Source of the DNA: Ilumatobacteraceae bacterium
GTDB taxonomy: Bacteria; Actinomycetota; Acidimicrobiia; Acidimicrobiales; Ilumatobacteraceae
Direction: 5' to 3'
Assembly: GCA_049433485.1 (NCBI GenBank)
Contig: JBMTEX010000001.1
Span: 2,688-66,687, forward strand
Length of the DNA: 64,000 nt
The first letter of the stretch is position 1. Every line of letters begins with the position of its first letter. The position numbers and the translations under genes were made by a program. The notes below the pieces were generated by a model. It did no database searches, was not told the origin of the DNA, and worked only from the letters and a program-made list of their open reading frames with translations. Shown one piece after another: positions 57,995-64,000 of the stretch.

Positions 57995-58916
57995 TTCTTC
58001 AGCACTACGCCAAGCGCTCTCTACGCAAGTTGTTGGTCGTCGTCGCGAACTTGAATTAGTTCTCGCTGCGCTCGCAGCCGACCGCCATGTATTGTTGGAA
58101 GGTCCACCAGGGACCGGTAAGTCGACGTTGTTGCGTGCTGTTGCACAAGGTCTGGGCATTGGTTTTGAATTCGTGGAAGGCAATGCCGAATTAACTCCGG
58201 CACGCCTTGTGGGACACTTCGACCCTGCACGAGTCCTCAACGAGGGGTACGACCCATCTGTGTTTGTTGACGGGCCATTGGTCAGTGCGCTTCGTGACGG
58301 CTCTTTGTTGTATGTAGAAGAAATCAACCGCATCCCAGAAGAAACTCTCAACGTTCTCATCACCGTGATGAGCGAAGGCGAATTGAATGTTCCACGGCTT
58401 GGACGCATAGCTGCCTCTCCAGGTTTCCGACTTGTGGCGGCAATGAATCCGTTCGATGCGGTTGGTACTGCCCGAATTTCAGGTGCGGTGTATGACCGCG
58501 TATGTCGCGTATCAATGTCGTACCAATCTGCTGACGAAGAAGCTGCAATCGTTCGACGCAATCTTGACGATGCAGATGTATCAGACGATTGGTTAAACAA
58601 AGCAGTCTCTGTGGTTCGCCGTACCCGTTCGCACTCAGATTTACGCGTAGGTTCATCGGTTCGTGGCGCGGTGGACTTTTCAAAAGTTGCTGTATCTCTT
58701 GCATCACTACGCGAACTAACCATCAACGATCCAAGTGTTGGTGTTGACGCTGCACTAGTTGCGCTGTCTGGCCGTGTACGAGTTCGAGAGGGAAGTGTGC
58801 GCACTCCTGAAGAAATAGTCACTGAAATTTGGCAAGACGTCTTCGGCAGAGTGGAAGGCGAGGGCGGCGAGGGAAAAGCTGGAGCCCCGACGAACCGGGG
58901 CACGACCTCCCCGTAA
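57987..58916 (+). CDS. MoxR-like AAA+ ATPase
   Basis: Walker A LLEGPPGTGKST, Walker B LLYVEEINR and an AAMNPFD sensor block. The ATG at 57987 overlaps the ADH2 stop by 8 nt. Confidence 0.85.
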   Translation: MTDSSALRQALSTQVVGRRRELELVLAALAADRHVLLEGPPGTGKSTLLRAVAQGLGIGFEFVEGNAELTPARLVGHFDPARVLNEGYDPSVFVDGPLVSALRDGSLLYVEEINRIPEETLNVLITVMSEGELNVPRLGRIAASPGFRLVAAMNPFDAVGTARISGAVYDRVCRVSMSYQSADEEAAIVRRNLDDADVSDDWLNKAVSVVRRTRSHSDLRVGSSVRGAVDFSKVAVSLASLRELTINDPSVGVDAALVALSGRVRVREGSVRTPEEIVTEIWQDVFGRVEGEGGEGKAGAPTNRGTTSP

Positions 58917-59842
58917 CAAAGGAAGGCGAAGACGCCGACCAAGCAGTTGCAGAAGCTGGAAAACGAACAACATCGCGTCGTGACTTGTCGCGTAATGAGA
59001 ACTTTGAACAAATCTCTCCAGAAGTTGGCGAGCTAGATGAAGCGGCACTTGACGAAGCCATGCAGAACAGTCCCGATGAAACATTGGGCTTATTAGCAGA
59101 TCTCACTGGGGCAACAGATCCGAAACTTCGCGAACTAGCAAGAAAACTTGCCGGGCGTTTGATGCTGGAGTTAGGAAATCGTGGTCGAGCGCGTCCTCGA
59201 GGGATTGGCAAAATTGTTGAACAGCCGTATCGACCAGATGGTGGCGACATTGACATTGATGCAAGTTTGGAAGCAATCACCGAATCACGTCGCGGTCACG
59301 CAATAGACCCAGAACGTTTGCGACTTCGCGGATGGCAGAAGCCAGGTACAGCGTTTTGTTTGTTGTTAGACAGAAGCGGTTCTATGGGTGGTCAACCGCT
59401 GGCAACTAATGCTGTGGCCACTGCCGCTATTGCAAGTCGGAACCCGGATGATTACAGCGTGATCGCGTTTGGCAAAGACGTAGTGGTGACGAAGAGTCAA
59501 GATGTACCGAAATCGAGCGATCGGGTCATTAACGATGTGTTGACTTTGCGTGGGCATGGCACAACAGATTTGGCCGGCGCCTTGTTAGTAGCGCGTCAAC
59601 AATTGTCTCGATCACGTGCTGGTCGAAAAGTGGCCATTTTGTTGTCTGATTGCCGTGCCACCGTGGAGGGCGATGCGGAAAATGCGGCACACGGAATGGA
59701 CGAGTTAGTGGTGATTGCCCCTGTAGACGACCACGATGAAGCAAAAGCATTTGCCGCGCGCGTTGGCGCACGCTTGGCGTTAGTAGGTGGGCCAAGCGAC
59801 ATTCCAGAGGTCTTGGCCCGTGTGTTGGAGCCAATTGCTTAG
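58829..59842 (+). CDS. VWA domain protein (MoxR partner)
   Basis: MIDAS-like LLLDRSGSMGG, TDLAGAL and LSDCRA blocks. The start is uncertain. ATG 58829 overlaps moxR by 88 nt, and the next ATG is at 59060. Confidence 0.7.
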   Translation: MARRLRQSGRRGRRGKSWSPDEPGHDLPVTKEGEDADQAVAEAGKRTTSRRDLSRNENFEQISPEVGELDEAALDEAMQNSPDETLGLLADLTGATDPKLRELARKLAGRLMLELGNRGRARPRGIGKIVEQPYRPDGGDIDIDASLEAITESRRGHAIDPERLRLRGWQKPGTAFCLLLDRSGSMGGQPLATNAVATAAIASRNPDDYSVIAFGKDVVVTKSQDVPKSSDRVINDVLTLRGHGTTDLAGALLVARQQLSRSRAGRKVAILLSDCRATVEGDAENAAHGMDELVVIAPVDDHDEAKAFAARVGARLALVGGPSDIPEVLARVLEPIA

Positions 59843-59848
59843 GTAGTT

Positions 59849-61102
59849 CTAGTACTGGCAGTTTGAGTCGTTTGGCGGCACAACGCCGCGCGTGCTTTGC
59901 TCAATTAACACCTTCGGCACTGTGGTAGTTGTAATGCTTTGTGCCGGTTTTGTTGTTGGAGTTGATTTTGAAGCAACTGTTGTAGTTGTTGCGATTGCGG
60001 CAAGAGTTGTGGTGGTGACGGTATTTGTATCTGCGGGTGACGCGCCGGAGATTGTTGACTTCAAGCTTGCCTTTCCTTGGAATACAGCCAGAATCTTTTT
60101 CGATGTTTCGCTCTCGAGGTCAGGGAGTATGACGGCCATGTCGTCTATTAACGTTCCTGTACCTGGCATGGTGTAGCTGCCCATGGTGTCGGTATTGAAG
60201 TTCTTCATTGCTTGACCAAGTTGAAGAACTGTTAATGGAGACAATTTGTCATCCGTGATGATGTTCTTCAATGCGGCATTCAAGATTCCAGAGGCAACTC
60301 GCGGATTTTTCTTTGCCTTCTCAAGCGACTTACGAATAACTCGCTTCATAAAATCTTGTTGACGACTGATGCGACCCCAATCTGATGTGCCGTCTGAAGT
60401 CCACTTCTTTGTCTTTGGATTCAACCACTGGTAATGACGCGAGCGCATATAAGCCAATGCGTGATCACCTTGGAAGGTGTAACAGACGCGAGCACGAAGA
60501 ACTTTGAATCCAGTTTTCTTGTCTCGAGCTCTGTACATGAATGGTACGCGCACCCCGCCAACGGCGTCCACAATTCCCGCAAATGCGCAAAAGTCAACGT
60601 TGATGTAGTGATCAATGGAGATTCCGAAGTTCTCTTTGATGTTTCTAATTAGTCGATTCGGATTCTTCTTTTCAAAGTTTGCATTGATGCGATTGCTGCG
60701 ATTTGATTCAGCTTGCCTCACCCACATATCTCGGGGAAATGACAAAATTGCTGCTTGGTTGTCGATGGGGTTCACTCGCACCACCATTAACGTGTCGCTT
60801 CGTTCGCCGTAGCCACTGCGATTACTGAATCCGCCATAAAAGGGTGAATCTTTGCTGATGCATGCGTTGTTGTCAGAGCCGGTGATGAGGAAGTTCTTTG
60901 CGGTGCGGTCACCCTCAGGAAGGTCAAGATTTCCATCACCCAGAGCAACCGGGTCGATGGAGACCACTTTGCGATTACCCAACTTCCAGTTGGCGTACAG
61001 GAGTCCACTTCCTGCCAGCACTGTGACAACTGCAAGCGTGATATTGAAAATCACAAAAGCGCGCTGTTTTCCTGAATGCTTGTAGCGGGGCTGGGTGGAC
61101 AT
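59849..61102 (-). CDS. LCP (LytR-CpsA-Psr) family cell-envelope phosphotransferase
   Basis: N-terminal TM anchor, NFLITGSD, RSDTLMVVRVNP and FPRDMWV blocks, plus a Thr-rich C-terminal tail. Confidence 0.85.
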   Translation of the reverse strand: MSTQPRYKHSGKQRAFVIFNITLAVVTVLAGSGLLYANWKLGNRKVVSIDPVALGDGNLDLPEGDRTAKNFLITGSDNNACISKDSPFYGGFSNRSGYGERSDTLMVVRVNPIDNQAAILSFPRDMWVRQAESNRSNRINANFEKKNPNRLIRNIKENFGISIDHYINVDFCAFAGIVDAVGGVRVPFMYRARDKKTGFKVLRARVCYTFQGDHALAYMRSRHYQWLNPKTKKWTSDGTSDWGRISRQQDFMKRVIRKSLEKAKKNPRVASGILNAALKNIITDDKLSPLTVLQLGQAMKNFNTDTMGSYTMPGTGTLIDDMAVILPDLESETSKKILAVFQGKASLKSTISGASPADTNTVTTTTLAAIATTTTVASKSTPTTKPAQSITTTTVPKVLIEQSTRGVVPPNDSNCQY

Positions 61103-61144
61103 GCGAGTTCTACCGTAGTGGGGCAGAGGGGATTATTGAGGTCG

Positions 61145-63724
61145 TCACTGATCTTCAATGGGTGCTAGCGAGACGACCACAACAGGCTTTGCGGCATCGT
61201 CATCAACTGTGGATGTCCAGTTTTGGATTGATCCCGCATTGGCTAAGTCAACCCATGCATCGGTGACCACTGAAATTGTGCCCTCGTTACTCGTGATGTG
61301 AATGGTGTCTACCACAGCCTTCTGGCTGACCTTGGCTTCCGTCTTGGCGCGACGAACCTCTCCAAGAATTTGGCAGACAACATCGATAAATGAATCGGTA
61401 TGGGCTGCCCATCCCTCGTGTCGACGGAGTTCAGAGAAAGTTGGCCATGGTGCGGTATGTACAGAATCTGTGTTCCACCAACGCCACACCTCTTCGGTAG
61501 CAAACGGAAGGATTGGGGCGAAAAGTCTTTGCAGTGTGGAAAGTGCTCGTCGAAGGGCAACACGTGCAGAAAGCGATGCCACAACATCATCAGTTCCGTA
61601 TGCCCGTGTCTTCACAAGTTCTACGTAGTCATCACAGAACCACCAGAAGAAAGACTCTGTGCGTTCTAATGCGCGCGCGTAGTCGAAAGCCTCGAATGCT
61701 TCGGTTGCTTCATTGACGACTGCACCTAACTTCAACAACATAGAAATGTCGACAGAGTGTGTTGGTTCCACATTGTCGTCAGCATCTCCGAAGCCCAACA
61801 CAAACTTGCTGACGTTCAGGAGTTTGGTTGCAAGCTTGCGGCCAACTTTCATTTGGTCTTCGCTGAATGCTGTGTCAATACCAGGTCGTGCACCCGCAGA
61901 CCAGTAACGCACTGCGTCGCTTCCGTACTTCTCAAACAAATCGATAGGTGTTACAACATTGCCCTTTGACTTGGACATTTTTTTGCGGTCAGGATCAAGA
62001 ATCCAACCAGACAGCGCGGCGTTACGCCACGGAGCTTGTTGATGTTCGAAGTGTGAACGCACCATGGTGGAGAACAACCACGTACGAATGATGTCGTGTC
62101 CTTGCGGTCGCACATCGTATGGGTACACACGATTGAACAAATCTTGATTGTCCTCCCATTGACCAGCAATCTGTGGTGTTAGTGACGACGTTGCCCAGGT
62201 GTCCATGACGTCTGGGTCACCAGTAAAACCATTGGCCTGACCTCGCTGCGCTTCGGTGTATCCAGATGGGACATCGGTGCTGGGGTCGATAGGAAGTTGG
62301 TCTTCATTCGGTACGAGCGGGGAGTCGTACACAATTTCACCATTGGCGTCCAGTGGATACCACACGGGAACTGGAACGCCGAAGTAACGCTGACGGCTGA
62401 TGAGCCAGTCACCATTCAACCCTTCCACCCAGTTTGAATAACGGTGACGCATGTGATCGGGGTGCCACGTGAGTCCAGCACCGCGTGCAAGAAGTTCATC
62501 ACGTAAGGCAGCATCGCGACCGCCGTTACGGATGTACCACTGACGGCTTGTCACAATTTCAAGTGGACGGTCGCCTTTTTCGTAAAACTTCACCGGGTGC
62601 GTAATGGCACGCGGTTCACCAATCATTTCGCCGGAAGCCGCAAGCATCTCAGCAATGGCGGTTTGTGCTTGCTTAGCGGATTTGCCAACGAGTGATGCAA
62701 AGTGAGCAAGGCCCTGCGCATCAGTTAAACCGTTCGGTGCATCTGCAACTATGCGACCATCGCGACCGATGATGGCACGCATCGGTAATTGCAACTCACG
62801 CCACCACGTCACGTCTGTGAGATCGCCAAAGGTACAGCACATTGCAATGCCAGTTCCCTTATCAATTTGCGCGAGTGGGTGTGCAAGAACTGGAACTTCA
62901 ACGTTGAACAATGGTGTGCGCACGGTGTGGCCAAAATGTGGCTTGTAGCGGTCATCGTCAGGGTGCGCAATAAGTGCAACACATGCTGCGAGAAGTTCGG
63001 GGCGAGTGGTGTCAATCAGAATGTCACCTGAACCATCTGATTTGTGAAACGCAAGTGTGTGATATGCGCCTGGTCGGTCGCGATCTTCTAACTCTGCTTG
63101 TGCAACAGCAGTCTTGAAGTCAACATCCCAGAGCGTTGGTGCTTCTTGGGTGTAGGCCTCGCCACGTGACAGGTTGCGAAGAAATGCGCGTTGGCTTGCG
63201 CGACGTGATCGTTCGTCGATGGTGGTGTACAGCAATGACCAATCAACAGAGAGTCCAAGCGTGCGAAAGAGATCTTCAAATATTTTTTCGTCTTGTGCAG
63301 TTAACTCTTCGCACAACTCAATGAAGTTTGGGCGCGACACGGGAACTGCTTTGTGATCCCTTGGCGGGTCGCCGCGAAATGGTGGTTGCAGTCCTGCAAC
63401 GTAGGGAACTGAGGAGTCGCAGGAGACACCGAAGTAGTTCTGCACGCGACGCTCCGTGGGAAGACCGTTGTCGTCCCATCCCATTGGATAGAACACGGCT
63501 TTGCCACGCATTCTCCAGAATCGCGCGACAGTGTCTGTGTGGGTGTAAGAAAACACGTGTCCCATATGTAAAGAGCCGCTCACGGTTGGGGGTGGAGTGT
63601 CAATGGCGAACACGTTGTCCCTCATTGCAGAGCGATCGAAGGCATAGACACCCTCGCTATGCCAGACGCCAATCCACTTTGGCTCAATGTTCTCAAGAGA
63701 TGGCTTATCTGGCACAGCGGACAT
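61145..63724 (-). CDS. valS: valine--tRNA ligase
   Basis: HIGH-type motif SGSLHMGHVFSY, KMSKSKGN, the editing-domain block TTRPELL, and the 859-aa actinobacterial-type length. Confidence 0.97.
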   Translation of the reverse strand: MSAVPDKPSLENIEPKWIGVWHSEGVYAFDRSAMRDNVFAIDTPPPTVSGSLHMGHVFSYTHTDTVARFWRMRGKAVFYPMGWDDNGLPTERRVQNYFGVSCDSSVPYVAGLQPPFRGDPPRDHKAVPVSRPNFIELCEELTAQDEKIFEDLFRTLGLSVDWSLLYTTIDERSRRASQRAFLRNLSRGEAYTQEAPTLWDVDFKTAVAQAELEDRDRPGAYHTLAFHKSDGSGDILIDTTRPELLAACVALIAHPDDDRYKPHFGHTVRTPLFNVEVPVLAHPLAQIDKGTGIAMCCTFGDLTDVTWWRELQLPMRAIIGRDGRIVADAPNGLTDAQGLAHFASLVGKSAKQAQTAIAEMLAASGEMIGEPRAITHPVKFYEKGDRPLEIVTSRQWYIRNGGRDAALRDELLARGAGLTWHPDHMRHRYSNWVEGLNGDWLISRQRYFGVPVPVWYPLDANGEIVYDSPLVPNEDQLPIDPSTDVPSGYTEAQRGQANGFTGDPDVMDTWATSSLTPQIAGQWEDNQDLFNRVYPYDVRPQGHDIIRTWLFSTMVRSHFEHQQAPWRNAALSGWILDPDRKKMSKSKGNVVTPIDLFEKYGSDAVRYWSAGARPGIDTAFSEDQMKVGRKLATKLLNVSKFVLGFGDADDNVEPTHSVDISMLLKLGAVVNEATEAFEAFDYARALERTESFFWWFCDDYVELVKTRAYGTDDVVASLSARVALRRALSTLQRLFAPILPFATEEVWRWWNTDSVHTAPWPTFSELRRHEGWAAHTDSFIDVVCQILGEVRRAKTEAKVSQKAVVDTIHITSNEGTISVVTDAWVDLANAGSIQNWTSTVDDDAAKPVVVVSLAPIEDQ

Positions 63725-63750
63725 AGGTCTTAAATCGTAGGCTTGTCAGA

Positions 63751-64000
63751 GTGCTGAACCTCTATGACACCGCCACGAAGAGCGTGAAACCTCTCGCACT
63801 GCGCGAGCCAGGCAAGGTCAGCATCTACCTCTGTGGCCCCACGGTCTATGGGCCGCCTCACCTCGGCCATGGTCGAGCCACGTTGGTGTATGACATTCTG
63901 CGCCGCTACCTGGCGTACCGAGGTCTAGAGGTGCGGTTGGTCTCGAATATCACCGACATTGACGACAAGATCATCGACCGCGCCAACAAAGAGGGTCGTC
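63751..64000 (+). CDS. cysS: cysteine--tRNA ligase, N-terminal part (runs off the right edge)
   Basis: Hand translation from GTG 63751 gives VLNLYDTATKSVKPLALREPGKVSIYLCGPTVYGPPHLGHGRATLVYDILRRYLAYRGLEVRLVSNITDIDDKIIDRANKEGR. The HLGH motif and NITDIDDKII are typical of CysS. An in-frame TAG at 63724-63726 limits any upstream extension. Confidence 0.85.
   Translation, partial: MLNLYDTATKSVKPLALREPGKVSIYLCGPTVYGPPHLGHGRATLVYDILRRYLAYRGLEVRLVSNITDIDDKIIDRANKEGR

Noticed and set aside
57587-59011. 474-aa minus-strand ORF, one of the longest in the track
   Set aside because: It lies entirely antisense to ADH2, moxR and the VWA gene, all of which have strong family motifs. Its translation is low-complexity (S/T/R/A-rich) with no recognisable motif. 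This is a typical shadow ORF.

Overview
This is a gene-dense (about 90% coding) chromosomal segment of roughly 50% GC. I infer it comes from an actinobacterium, possibly a streamlined Acidimicrobiia-like lineage. The inference rests on gene content: mycofactocin genes, an F420/deazaflavin-type DDN-family protein, a PAC2 protein, UPF0182, LCP, a CysO-like sulfur carrier and a CIRCE-controlled groEL. All functional calls come from reading motifs in the supplied translations and in my own hand translations; no database was searched.

I support about 65 CDS, one initiator tRNA-fMet, a CIRCE operator, two intrinsic terminators and a few repeats. I saw no rRNA, CRISPR array, transposase, integrase or clear prophage. 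Two genes run off the window edges and are missing from the ORF track. They are a glycerate kinase N-terminus (1..242, minus strand) and a cysS N-terminus (63751..64000, plus strand).

The most interesting locus is 49.8-59.8 kb. It holds a mycofactocin RiPP operon with non-canonical content:
- The gene order is mftA-mftB-mftC-plsY-dedA-mftE-mftF-alanine-racemase-fold gene, all translationally coupled.
- No mftD, mftG or mftR is visible anywhere in the window.
- It lies divergent from an operon of two paralogous nicotinoprotein-type Zn alcohol dehydrogenases coupled to a MoxR AAA+ ATPase and a VWA protein.

Other observations worth a second look:
- a DivIVA protein whose C-terminus carries a phage Mu F / SPP1 gp7-like motif in a core-genome context
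- a secreted fusion of a 7-blade RCC1 propeller to a metallophosphoesterase
- a fused double TetR regulator
- a sulfatase with a CSTTR (not CxPxR) active-site motif
- a CysO-like sulfur carrier ending in GGF
- several divergent gene pairs separated by only 26-46 bp
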